Assembly: GCA_028534125.1 (NCBI GenBank)
Contig: CM052816.1
Location: 98,768,001-98,832,000 of the forward strand
Origin: Lama glama
Lineage: Eukaryota
DNA: 64,000 nucleotides
Reading direction: 5' to 3'
In this document: piece by piece, positions 11,971 to 24,868 of the stretch
How the letters are laid out: the number at the start of each line of letters is the position of its first letter
How positions within the stretch are numbered: position 1 is the first letter of the stretch
The notes under the pieces: generated by a model
Told to the model about the DNA's origin: nothing
Seen by the model: the letters and a program-made list of their open reading frames with translations, nothing else
Database searches by the model: none
Translations under genes and position numbers: made by a program

Positions 11971-13899
11971 CCAAACCGGTGTTGATTTTAAAATGAACAC
12001 AGTTCATATTAAGATTAAAAACGATTTCATCACTGTTCTCGGAAAACAGATGGAGGTCCACTGTCCGCATGGCCCGCCCGGGTCTCCCTCCTCACCTCAG
12101 CCCGAGCCGCACGTCTCAGAAGGACCGGGTGCCACCCCGGTCCCCCTGAGGTAGGCGACCAGAGGCCTCTTCGCAAAGGAAGGGACCCGAGACACGGTTC
12201 CAAAGCAGCAGACGTGGCTTCAGGTGTAACAGTCTCTAACCTCAGTTCCATAAGAAGCCAAGTCCTTCTTTGCTTAAGGAAAATGACACGTCCCTAAAAC
12301 GTGCGTGGAAGCAAGCCTGACGTTTGGCTTTGCTTTGTCAAAAGGAATGAGGCACGTGAGTGGGGAAAATTAGCTTCTCTCGAGAATCAGGTTTCTCGAG
12401 CAGCAGGAGGAGAGGAGTCCTCCCGGGTCCCAAGCACAGAGCTCATGTGTCTGAGCTGGACCATTCCTGCTGGGGTCCAGCCCCGTGGGCGCTGATGGGG
12501 GACACTGGAGGTGACAGAGGACCCTCGTGGTCTTGTCCAGTGATTCAGCTCCCTGCCAACTTGACACCATCACATCTCAACCCAGTTAGACGGTTTTTAC
12601 TGAGTGCTCTCCTGTGTGAATTTGCAACTATACTGTCCCAATTTTAATGATCTCTCATCAGGAAGGGCTTGTTAAAAATGCCTCTGATAAAGGCCATGGG
12701 ATGCTTCTGCAGAAACATAAGAACATTTACTTACATGTGTTGAGACTTTTGATGCGAGTATTTCTACAAAAGAACAAGATTTAAGTCATGTAGAGCGAAT
12801 GCCCCTGAACAGCTGCAAGAAGAAAGTCAAAAGGAAAGTCGGTCCCACGAGGCAGAAAAATCATAAATGAAAACAAACATTTCAGAGCTCTGCTAAGATC
12901 ACAGCCCCAGCACCTGTTTTAATACACAGACTTAGGGAAATCGAAGTCAGGAGGCTCGGTGACTCGTGTGGGACGCGGGCAGCAGACAAAGCCATGGAGC
13001 CCTGGCGGCCACAGCTCTCCTGGGGAGTTGCGGAGGGCGGGAGCCACGCCAGGCACTGCGGCCACTGATGCTTCCTGCTGAGCTTCACCGCAAAAGGAAG
13101 CATGTCCTGGAAATCAGTCTGTCCCAGAGTCCTCCACGCAGTACCGAGGCAGCCGTGTGCCCTGTCACCACGTCACACACAGAACGGGTATGAGCACGGA
13201 GTGACGGGCACTGGAGGAGGTGCCCCGTGTCTCACGCTCCAAGCCTTGCACTGGTTCTCCCCGGCCTGTTTCCCCGGAAGTGCTTTCCTGGGCCTCACAC
13301 TGACCGTACAGGGTGGATGTCTGACCCGCCAAAGCCTCCTGCCCTGTGTCGCCAGGCTACATCCTGGAACCACAGACCCGGCTGTCTAACGAGTACCCAG
13401 TACACAGACATCCATTTCAGAGCAGGCTTCCCCCAGGCCCCGTGCCCAGGGGTCTGTGGTCTTGCTTTTCTCTTTAAACTCCACACGTCCTAGCCTTGTC
13501 CTCCAGCCCCATTGTGTCCCTCTCCTGCTGGCCTCCACCCTGGTCCTCTGACCCCTTGGGCCCATCCACAGGCTGGCTCTCTACCTGGAGCGCAGTCCTC
13601 ACGGCCACTCCCAACACACCTGGCAGAGGACTTCACATCCCTTTAAGTCAGACTCACACACACCTCCGAATCCCTGTGCTCAGTGGCCCTCGGACTCCAG
13701 TGCTCACCTGAACCCTCTCGTAAGTTAAACCACAGGATTCTGGCCCGTCTGGAGCCTCTGACTCAGCGGGTTGCGGGGTGGGGGTGGCCTGAGGACTTCC
13801 ATTTCCAGCTGAGGCACTGGGGACCACACTCTGATAACCCCTGCTCTCGGCAGGACTGGAAGCCGTGACTTTCACATCTCAGGTTCCAAGAGTCAAAAA

Positions 13900-14635
13900 C
13901 AAAATTTTGGTCTTTGTCCCTGGCTCTTGGCACAGGGATCTGAGAACCTTTGGAGTGCCTTTGTGTGCTAATGAGCTGACTGGTGGTGGGGTCCCTAGAT
14001 AGTTCGTGGGCAGGGCTGGTCCCCAGAAAGATGAAGGAGTGAGTGTGAGAGGGTTTTCATCCCATCCCTGACCTCTGGGGCGAGGAGACGGGCTGGAGAT
14101 TTAGTTCAACTACCAATGGCCAGTGACTTAATCAGCCCTGCCTGTGTGGTGAGGTCACCATGGAAACCCCTAAACAACGGGGTTCAGAGAGCCTCCAGGC
14201 TAGGGAAGCACCCACACGCCGGGAGGATGGCACACCCCCACTTCATGGGGTCTGGAACCCTACCCCTGCTCCGGGTCCCTCTTCATCTGGCTGTTCCCTT
14301 GTGTCTTTTACAGTAAACCAGGGGTGGTAACTGAGAAAAGTGCCCCCCCCTTAGTCTGTTAGCCCATGTAGCAAACTATCGAACCCGAAAGGGGAGGGAG
14401 ACTAGAACCCGCAAATTTGCAGCCACGCCAGACGGAAGGCTTGCAAATGGTGCCGGAAGTGGGGGCAGTGTTGTGGACCCGAGCCCTCAGCCTGGGGGGT
14501 TGGACCGTAACTCTAGGTAGACAGTTCCGGGGTTGAGTTGACCTGTAAGGTGCTCTGTGGCTGGAAAATCGGAGAATAGTTGTTGGCGTGGGAAAAACCC
14601 ACATGTTCGCTGTCAGAAGAGTTGTGAGTAAAGAC
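13900..14635 (+). mobile_element. MER21-like LTR
   Basis: gggctggtccccagaaaga, ccaatggccagtgacttaatca, ggttcagagagcctcc and ctcttcatctggctgtt are characteristic MER21 blocks. Confidence 0.75.
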
Positions 14636-14906
14636 TGGTCATGCCAGGCTAGCCCAGGTTTGTCCTAGAAAAACGGTAAGGGCAACCCTCTTCCTCTGCA
14701 AAGCATCCCAGTTTGGGCAAGACGTTACCTGGTGAGCCCAAGGACAAAATTCAGTTGACAAGTACGTGTCACATCTGAGATCACGTTCCTGGAGGCAGAG
14801 AGTGCAGCTTCCATAGATAAACCGGTTCCCACACTTAGTAAGTAGTTTTTCAGCCACTGGCCAATTTCATTATATTCAGTAACAACTAAGCTCCAGCAAG
14901 TTAATG

Positions 14907-15244
14907 CAGTCAACCCTCCTCCTCTGAGGGTTTTCAATCAGCTGATTCGACCAACCAGAGGTAGAAAATATTAGGGAAAAAACTGCAGAAATTTCCAAAA
15001 ATTGAACTTGAATTTGTCTCATGCCAGCAACTATTTACGTAGCATTTACATTGTATTTACAACTATGTACATAGAATTTACACTGTATTAGGTATCATAA
15101 GTAATCTAGAAATGATTAAAAGTATATGGGGGGATGTGTGTAGGTTATATGCAAATATCACACCATTTTTTATAAGGGATTGGAGCATCTGTGAATTCTG
15201 GCATCTGTGTGGGGGGTCCTGGAACGAACACAGAGGGGTGACTG
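14907..15244. mobile_element. Tigger3-like TcMar DNA transposon (non-autonomous)
   Basis: TIRs CAGTCAACCCTC / GAGGGGTGACTG (11/12 inverted match), plus internal gtattaggtatcataagtaatctagaaatgattaaaagtata...ggttatatgcaaata. Confidence 0.85.
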
Positions 15245-16119
15245 GGGTGAGTTAACCAATGCTTGGCCAAAAATTCATCCAAGTAGGAGTCTGTTCCCTT
15301 CTTTATACAGTGCTTAGGGTGGACTGGGGATAGTTCAGATGACTCACCATGTATCAATGCAGAGATGAAATCTGAATCGGTGTTTTCTGAACCTATTTTT
15401 CCACTTGCTAACAGGGAATAAGAGACTATTAAGTTAGAGAAAAAGAAACACGTGTCATTTTACAGCTGTTCTGTACAGAATCTTGCGAACTCCCTTAAAT
15501 TAAGCCGGATAATCTGATAACCCAATTTACATGAGGACGTACTGAGCGAGGGCACGCTTTCCCCAAACTGTTAGTGGTCAGTTCTCATAAACAGAGAAGG
15601 AAAATTAATCTTTCCTTCCCACTTACATGACAATTTATAAGTCCATTTTTTGAATTCTTTAACCAAAGTCTTCTGGCTTTTCAGGAGGTGTGAATATAAA
15701 TAACGACTTCAGTTTGGTTTCCAGTTTTGAAATTGAAGACATGAAATTCAGTCCTTACACTCAAGAAAGAATCAGGCCTTAACGATCACTAATGGTTCTG
15801 AGCAAGGTACAGGCTTTCAATCAAGCAAATGGGACACTGTTTTGCTTTGAAATAGAAACAGAATTTTACTTGATTAACGTATTTATTTTCTTTCTTACTG
15901 GAGACCTTTGTTTGGCCTCAGTGTCAGTGACATAGCCAAATGGTTACCTTTACTTGGATAAGAGGGGAATCTACTGCTAGTCATTCATGGAGTAACGTAG
16001 TAACAACGTGCTAGAAAGAATATAGTCAGAAGGAAGACACTGAATTTGTCCAATGCATGTCCAAGTTCTGACTCTACCAGTTACTTTTTCTAGCTGGGGC
16101 CACTGGAGACCTTTCACTT

Positions 16120-16327
16120 TTCCTAGTGGGAATTACTGACATCTTAGGACACAACAGGACTTGCTGTGCAGCATGGTTGCCCGTATTGGAAGACTGTTAG
16201 CATCCCTGGATCCTGCCCACCAGATGCCCATCGCTACCTACCCCTACTCACCATGGCAACTGAAATGCCCACACCCATTTCCAAGTGTCCCCTCTGAGAG
16301 ACAGTGCAGTCTTTGGGTGAGAACATA
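16120..16327 (-). mobile_element. MER20-like hAT DNA transposon relic
   Basis: agcatccctgg...cccaccagatgcc...ccaagtgtcccct...gtgagaac. Confidence 0.55.
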
Positions 16328-16339
16328 ACAGATCACAAG

Positions 16340-18260
16340 CAGATAAGAAAGAAATTATATGGTTAGGAAAAGACAGGGAAAATGTAAAGAGTTGCCTGGA
16401 AATTTTTAGCAATTAGTGAAAAGAGGATAAAAAAGGACAGTGGTCATCAGGTTCACAGCAAAATTCATTCAAGGAAATGACTAATGAAGGAAATGCTATA
16501 AAACAGAATCTGTGATGTGTAGCTCAAAGTAAGATTCAGAAGGCATTTCATGGTCTTAAATACTTATATTGATAACGATAGATATGAATGGAAATAAATG
16601 AACTTAATACCTAATAATTAGGATGTTAGAGAAAAGGACAGCTCAAGGAAGCAGAGAGAAGGAATTATATAGATTGGAACAGAAGTCAGTATATTAGAAA
16701 ATGAACAGACATCAGTCTATTTGAATGTAGACAAAAGTGTGGAGCAGAAGTCCATATGTTAGCAAAGAGAACATGGTAAGTCCAAGAGCTGATCTTTTAG
16801 AAAGGGAGAGGGGTGGTCCTCAAACATAACAACCTGCATCCCAGTGCAATGCCCTCTTCCTCTCTCTCCCTGGATGACGGGGCTGGTGTCGGGGCTGCGG
16901 TCTCTGCATCTCCTGTCTCGAGGCTGTTGGGTAGGTCCCAGTGAGAGGCACGAGCGCAGGATGTGGGAGCAGAGGACGGACCACAGCGTCACGTCCCCGG
17001 CCTCGGTGCTATGCCCTTGGCTTTGGCAGATGTGGGGTCCACTGTCCTCTCCAGACATTGTCCTGGGGATCACCTGCTCCTGTGCTGGCTTAGCTCGAAC
17101 CCTCACCAGCGATTCCTGGAATGTCCTACACCTTCCACCTGTTTAACAGCTGGAGCAACTCGGAGAGCTACGTGCGTCTCTCTCTGACCTTTCCTCCCCC
17201 AACCTTTCCAAGCATTCTGTGAGCACATGATCCTTCATATTAAATACCTTCCTGCTTGAGGTCCCTAAGACGGTTTCTGAGTTCCTGACTGAGCTGTCGC
17301 TGACATACTAACTTAGTGAAGAAAATAAACAATCAGCATGAATATGCAAGATAAGAAATGAGAATAAGAAAATATGTGCATGTAGAAAAAAAAATGATTC
17401 CATCAGGCACTTTGTTCAAATACATAAAAATTCTATTTAAAATCCTACAGAAAAGGATGGCTTGCTTAATTAGCAAAACTACCCCTATAAAAGATAAATA
17501 ACCTAAGTGGTCTAATTACCATACATAATATAAAAAAATTACCAGGGGTCTAACTCCTGAAAAAGCAACATCTTCAGATGCTTCAAGTAAATTCTACCAA
17601 ATGTAGATAAAATAGATATCTGTTTAAATAGAGCATACAAAAAAGAAAGGTTTACAACATTTAAAACCATTTCGTATATTTTAGCATGCGAAGAAAAACT
17701 ATAGCTCAGTAGTACTTAGGAATATTAATGTAAAAACTACCAACTGAATTAAGAGAGGCAGAATCAAGTAGCACTGGGGAAAGCAAAACCCCTGATGTCA
17801 CTGATAGTAATCCCCAGTAGGAATAGAAGAATGGTTCAGCATTTGGAAAATTGGCTAATATATTTCACCCTTTTAATAGATTAAAGAACAAACATAAAGT
17901 TTATCACAAATATAACACAGTTCAGCATGTGACAAATTCTGCCTTGATTATGGCAAAAATGTTTATAAAATAGACAACTGATGAGTATCTAGTCTCATCT
18001 ATATATTTGTATATTTGCATGAGTTTATGTGTGTGAATATCTGCATCTGTCTATCTAGACAGACAAATATTTACATGTTTATTTAAACCTAGAAGCCACA
18101 GTTATGGTAAACACTAGAAACATTCCCATTAAGGTCAGGAATAAGAAAAAAAAATATTGTCACTTTAGTTAAGGTCATTTTGGAGATCCTGGCCCACACA
18201 ATTAAACAAGATAAAAGAATAAGGAATATGAACATGATAGCAGGAGAGAGACTGCTATCT
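16340..18260 (+). mobile_element. Old L1 ORF2 relic split by an LTR (L1 parts ~16340-16750 and ~17310-18260)
   Basis: Degenerate RT-region motifs, e.g. gtaaattctaccaaatg, aatattaatgtaaaaact, ggaatagaagaatggttcagcatt, cattcccattaaggtcaggaataaga. Confidence 0.6.
16757..17307 (+). mobile_element. ERVL-type (LTR33/LTR16-like) solo LTR
   Basis: GC-richer block inside an A-rich L1, ending attaaataccttcctgcttgagg...ggtttctgagttcctgactgagc...ctgacata. Confidence 0.5.
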
Positions 18261-18399
18261 ATACGTGTGTATATATATGGTGGTATGACCATAGACCGAG
18301 ATGTCTAGATCTATCCATATCTATATATTCTAGAAGACTCAAGCAAATAGACATGAAGTGAGTCTCTTGACTATTGGAGGTGGAGAGAAAGAGCTAGAG

Positions 18400-19200
18400 A
18401 AGGATGATGACAGACTCTTGTTAAGTAGAAAAATGGACACAGGCTGAGTCGAGAAAGACCAGAGAGATCTTTAAAACAAAGAGGAAACAATGCCTGTTGC
18501 TGAGATGGTAGAATTTGCTCTGGGGGTTGTAATCCAAGTGAATGTGACTAGCAGCTGTCACTGGTGGGAGACTGAGAAGAACATCGAGATTTGTATCAAA
18601 AGACCATCCTGAGTAGTGATGATGGTGAAGGCCTGAGGGCAAACCAGCACTCTAGGGGAGGCCACAGAGACACAGGTGGTGGCTTTGCGGTACACCGAAG
18701 GACCCTGAGAGAAAGAACTAGGGAGAAGAAGGTGCTCATAATGGAAGGAGGCAAATGGGCCAAACAGATGGTGGAAATTAAGGGCAGAGAAAGTCTGAAG
18801 TGATGAGGGGGTGACCCGTGAAGAAGCCTGCGGGAAGGCCAGGAGGAGGGGCTGAGAAAGGGCTTCGACGTGGTTTGTGACGGGGTGGTGGTCATGGCTG
18901 GACGCGCTCTCAGAAATGAACTGTGAGGCGGGCGGGATGAGCAGCAGGTGGCTCCCGGCTGGGAACAGAGCAGGACGTGAAGATTACTCTCATGGAAAGT
19001 TTGGCAATGAAAGGTGAGACAGAAAAAGGGAAGAGTGAGGGAATGAAAGAAGAGTCACTCTAAGACTGAGGAGGTCTGAGCGACCCCGAACGAGAGAAAG
19101 GGTACGTTTGGTGGTGAGAAGTGTGTTTGGTGGGTAGTGGGTAGAGAGTATCAGCGGAGAATCAGGTGTGGGAAGGCAGGGCGTCTCCTTGGGGCAGAAG
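18400..19200 (-). mobile_element. L2 internal fragment
   Basis: Purine-rich + strand with L2-antisense-like blocks (ggaaagtttggcaatgaaaggtgagacaga). Confidence 0.5.
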
Positions 19201-19903
19201 AACCCGAGAGAATGAGTAGCAGGGACATTTGCTGCGGGCTGGTGGGAATGGGCTGATATTCACATTTGATGTGACCCTCCGGCATGGAGGATGGAGGCTG
19301 CCTACCTGTATGTGCAGAAGTAGCTGGTGCGGAGAGACACTCGGAACCGATTACAGCAGGACGCCATACTCGGTCTGGCTTCCAGCCGGCTTCAGAGGGT
19401 AGTTAAAGCGTTGCCTTTAATCTATAATCTACAAGGATCAGGGGGGCGTGGGTCCAGTTAGCAGGAACCTCTTCCGTCCTTATACAAAACCACCATGATT
19501 AAAATCACATGGATCCCCAGACTCACATCCTGGGTGTTTGCCAGGAAAGTTCTTGTCTTCAATTCTCCCACTCATCCACTAAGGTCATCTTACCTCACCT
19601 TCCAAAGAGCACAAAGCGGGGACCTTTGACCATCACAGTCCCTGGTGGGAAATCTGACTGACATTTAAAAATTAAGTACAGTACTCAGCGAAGTTACTGC
19701 TATTCTTTTAGAACCAGCTCTTCCCAGGGACGTGGTCCTTGCTTGTGATCCTTGAAAACCAGGGACTCAGAGATGCCTCGGGCGGGGGGTGGGGGTTCCC
19801 GGAGCTCTGGGCAGGGGGCTAGCCTTAGCCAGTGGGTTTGCATACAGTGTGTTTAGAAAGAAGTCCTCCTGGCAGAAGCACAACTGAAAGGGGCTCCCTG
19901 AAC

Positions 19904-20060
19904 CAGCAGTTCTCAAATGTTTCAAGACCACCGCGGGAGCTCTTAGTAAAGCAGTCTGCTGGCCCACCCTTCCTTGTCCCTAAGGTTTCTGATTCAGCGG
20001 GTCAGGGGTGGGAATTCCTATCAAATCTTACGGTGAGGATAATGCTGGCCTGGGATCCTA
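19904..20060. mobile_element. MER5A-like hAT relic
   Basis: cagcagttctcaaa...ctgctggcccacc...ggtttctgattcagcgggtcaggggtggg. Confidence 0.65.
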
Positions 20061-20389
20061 CAATGCCAACAACAATACATCTCAGTTATTTTCCACATAA
20101 TTTTGCATGAAGTGTCCTTAAACGGGTGGGACCCTAGGTTTGTGGAAGTGAAATCAGGATGTTTACACTCCGTGTCTCAGATCTCATGCTGCTGGTCAAA
20201 CTGTGCCCACAAACACACAAAAGGGGAGGGGTGTCCAAGCTATTTATAGGCAGTGTTTTCCCAAGAGAAAGCATCTTAGCTTTTAGGAACCACCCCTTCC
20301 AAATACTCTGCAAAAAAGTGGAGCCAAAATGTGTCATTTCTAGGGAAATTTTGGAGGCAAAAGGAAGGATTCACTATTTACAGTTCATC

Positions 20390-20840
20390 TGAAGCGCGAA
20401 AATAAACAGAAACCTCATTTAAAAGGGAGTCAGGAGGCCAGAAGGGGGAGAGCTCATCCCTAGCACGCGATGTCAACTGCATCACCAACTGGAGGAGAGG
20501 CTCCTTGCATCTCCAACAGGAAGAAAGTCATTCCTTCACTAGAAGCAGGAGAAAGGAAGTTCTCCTTGCCTGGCAACAGCCCAGCCAATGAGAAACTGCT
20601 GCAACTCAGCCAATGAAAAGTCACTATACTTCAAACACCCAGTTTCCTCCAATAAAGTTCTTTTTTAGAACAGCCCCCTCAGCTCCCTCTTCTCCTCTGT
20701 AGAGCATTCCTCTTCTTGGTTCTCTGGACTTGCCTGTAGCTGGACATCAACTGCATGTCCAGAACTGCAGTTCTTTGCTGGTCCCTGATAAACCCATTTT
20801 GCTGCTAAAATAACCGGCTATTAATTGTCTTAGGTCAATG
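20390..20840 (+). mobile_element. ERV1-type solo LTR
   Basis: TGAAG start, two cagccaatga CCAAT boxes, decayed polyA signal (gataaacc) and an LTR-like end ggtcaa. Confidence 0.65.
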
Positions 20841-23800
20841 AAAGAATCAACAGTGCTTGAATATATTTGCTCAGGAACGTGAACTCCCACATTAAAAGTG
20901 ATCTATTGACTTAATACACAAGCAGGAACTCTTCGCAAATGAAGGCTACAGAGGATGTGATTAACATGAGGAAAGATTACCGAAGGAACGTCTCAAGGAG
21001 GGCACATACCTGTAAACCTGGATGGAACAGGATTTATTAAAATGTTGGCAGTGACTCTGGGGCAGAGGACAGTTTATCTTCTCTATTTCCTATGTTTATG
21101 ACATTTGTAATAAAATAGAATTCCAACATCTACAGGTTGGGGCCTGCATGAAAATGCACAGCCCCTCTTGCTAACAGCCTGACAGTCTTCTCTCAAGGAC
21201 ACAGGGCCATGAGGGGTGGCGCAGGAGGGGCCCGACCTCCCAGGTGACCCTCACCTGACCTCCTGTTGGCCTGCAGCCTGTCTGCCCACCTCATCTGGCC
21301 TCTCCTCCCCCTTCCTGCTCTTTGCCCCTAGAAGACTCAGCGTCGGAAGCCCGAGAGACCAGGGCAGGAGGAGCTGGCATTCTGGTTTCTTTTTTGATCC
21401 GTCTGGTAATTGTTGATTGACACAGAAAATCACACCAGAAAGTGTATCAGAGGCCTCGTCAAACACACACCACACACGCACCCAAGGGTGCTGGGCCTGC
21501 TCAGGGTCCCTCCTCAGCAGAGGGCAGGTGGAAGGCTGGCTGCAGGTGCATCCCAGGTGTCAAAAACACGCCCGGCTGCTTGGGGAAAGGTTCCGATTAT
21601 GCTTTGAGAAACTATTTTTCACAGTTAGTCCAGGGCTGTAGAGAATCTCATGAGACCAGAAGGTCTGCTTCACTTGAGAACTGAAAATCTGAGCCCACGG
21701 GCTTGGCCAAGATCACCTGCATGTCTTCCATCTCCCTGATTTCGTCCCATTGTTTCTGGATGGTTCATCTCGGATCAGTTCTCCCTTCCGCGCTCCCTCT
21801 GGGTCTGCTCTCCAGCTCCTGCTTTTCTGCTGTCTACTCATTACCTCGGGCTGACCTCTATTCCAGCCATCCAGCAACCTCACCTGGAGGAAAACTGGTG
21901 AACTAAATGTGAACCAAAAGAAACAGCCCTCGTGCTCGTGGGCAGTGTCCGTGCCTGCGTGTCACAGGGTTTTCCTTGGGTCCTTAATCAGAGACTTTGC
22001 TCACAAGATGCATGTGATCTGCACACCCAGGATCTTGGGATGGGCATTCGCCTGGACCTAAAGTTCTCAGTGCTGGGATCTGGACGGTTCACAGGCTGGC
22101 ATGTTGTCAAAGACAGACTAGTTAGTACGGCAGCCTGGATGGAGACAGGGAAGACAAAACCCCTCAGACTGATGTTAGAACGCCCGTGGAACCACAGTCT
22201 GGGGCGTCCTGTAGGGACAAAGTCTCTGCCAGGTCAGGAGATTGAGGCTGCCACTGTGGACAGGCCCACGGGCTGCCGGAAACACCACGTGCCAGGACTG
22301 GACCCCACGTGCTGACCTGCGTCCGCCCGGGAGAGGTGCGCCCCACCAGGAGCCCGGGCAATCAGAAGGCATCTTGCAGGACCACTTCCCTCCATCATCT
22401 TTCAGTGCTGCAGAAGCAAAGCGAGCTCATCCCCCACCCGGACAGAAGCCCCGAGGCAGCACTTCCTGCAGCTTCGCCCGCTCGTTCGGAGCCGCCTCTG
22501 CAGAGGCCACCAGCCTGCACACTCCGTGGGCACGGACACACCAGACACGCTGCACACGCCTCTCCGAGTGTGTGCGTGTGCACCACACGTGCCTGCGCAC
22601 ACGTGTGTACCACAGCGCCCGTGACACTGAAGATGGCGGCGCAGTGCAGAATCGGGAGGGTCGTGTCCCTCAGCCCTGCCTGGGCCCACGTGACGAGCAC
22701 CACGTGTGAAACCCCCTCCTGCTGTATGAGCTGAGGGGCTTAAATGGTCCAAGTTCTTAAGCAAAGCTGTGATGCTAACGGAAAGCAGAGATGCTGACGT
22801 CTGTTTGGCCAGACTAAGTGTTCGGGGTTTACAGGCATTCTCGCCTCTGATCCTTAAAGGACCCCTATCTGGTCGATTACATTATTATCCTTATTTTATA
22901 GATAGGCTCACGGAGGCGTAAAAGGCTTAAATAGCTCAGAAGGTCACAAGTCTCAAAGAGGCTGGGCCGGCACGCGGCCCCTGGCAGTCTGGCCGAAACC
23001 CCACACCGCGTGTTCCAGCCTTGCCGTGACGGCTTACCGACTGGCCTGATCCTTCTGCCCAGCGTGACGTGCACGTGTGGAAATGTTAACCCCTTGTTTG
23101 ATTTTCACTTGAGCTAGAAAAGGATTCACAGCATTTTCTGTTCCAGAGCTCTTCCTGTCCTGGAGGACCATTTCTTAAACTGTATCTTGTGGGGAGCTGG
23201 GTATAAGACTGGGAGTAAGGGGACTTGAATTCGAAGCCCTGCTCCCTTCTTCATGGCCAGTAGCAGGGGGCTAGGGGCCTGAGGCCGCCCCGGGAAGCCG
23301 CCCCAGGGGTTCACAGCAGGCCGACCCACCTCCCCATTTCCAGACATGGCCTTCACATATTTATGAATCAAAAAGTGGTTGAGATCCATGGTGCCAGGGA
23401 TGTGCTGGGCACTGGGCTAGACCCTGAGGACACAGCATCTAGTAATGAACGTAAACCTCACCAAAACCGCCACCAAAGACAGCGCCATCAATGTCACAGA
23501 ATCTAAACCTCGGGGAGAATGTAGCAAGTAACAGAAACAGACGTGAACCCACGTCAGACGTCAGGTGCGGCAGGACCAGGGAGACACACTCCTGGGCCGG
23601 GAAGCTGACAGCGCTGCTGCTCTCGGGTGTGGGGACCGTGGCCTGCCCCCCAGGGCCTCCCAGAGTGGATAGCTGGTGCACAGAGCATGGTGAAGGCGGA
23701 CCAGACGTGCAGGGGACACCGCACCTGGGCTACAAAGAGCCCTTCCTCAGACCCAAGGAGAGTTCAAAACACTGAGAAACCTCACAAAAATGAAACTGGT

Positions 23801-24673
23801 GCAGAACAGAATCAAAACTAAAGCGAGGGAGAGAAAAGCTGAGGCAGCGCTCAGCCCAGCAGCATCTGGGATGATGAGGTGTGAGGACACGTGTCACAGA
23901 TTCTTCCGTCTGCAGGACACCTCTTTACTGCCAGGCGAGTGCCCAGAGCCCGGGCCTTCTGCGTTGGCTGACTCAGGTGCCTCTACAAAAAACGTCCTTT
24001 CAGTCACAGCGTAGCCATTTACCACTATTTCTGCATTTTCAAAAGGAGACATGCACCTGATGTCTCTGCATTTTGTTTCCATGGAGATGAAGTCAGATGG
24101 GGAATGCAGGGGTGAAGCCAAGGCGGGCTGTGGGACCTCTGGCCTGCAGGCTGCGCTTCTCAGGCTGCAGGTGCACTGGGCGCACGGACACACACAGATG
24201 GACAGATGAAACATGTGCCCGGTGCCTGCAGGGTGGGCCAGTGACGCCCAGACCCCAGACTACCAAAACTGAACCGACCAGGCCCTACTACACACTCCCT
24301 TGTCCCCAGGGCTCCTTAGCGACCTCAGGCATCAAAGAAGAGTGTGCACACCTCCTCCCAGGTGTGCACCATCCCAGGTGCAGGCCCTCAGGCATCAACG
24401 CAGGCCCTGACCAGGCGGGGACTTACTTGCCTGCCGATCTGAGGCTGCTGGGGCCCGCTCCAGGCTCTGGATCTCAGACAGAGCCATAGCATTTTCCAAA
24501 AGACAAGCTCTCCCCTGGGTCTGAGCATGGGGACACTGGGTAATGTGCTTTATCCCACACTCAGATGGTCAGGGACCTAGCAGTTCAGCAGTGCACCAAG
24601 GGCGGATGAATTTTGGAGGTCAAATCTGTTTGTAGGTGGCAGGGATGCTCAAGGTTTTAATTAAAAGTTAATG

Positions 24674-24868
24674 CTAACTACTATATGTAAAACAGATAAA
24701 AAAACAAATTTCTCCTGCAAGCACAGGGAACTATATTCAACGTCTTGTAGTAACCGATACTGAGAAAGAATATGAAAATGAATATAAGTATGTATATGTA
24801 TGGCTGGGGCACTGAGTGGCACCCCAGAAACTGACACACTGTAACTGACTACACTTCAATAAAATAAA
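24674..24868 (+). mobile_element. 5'-truncated L1 3' end (camelid-like)
   Basis: gcacagggaactatattcaa...ccagaaactgacacactgtaactgactacacttcaataaaa. Confidence 0.85.
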
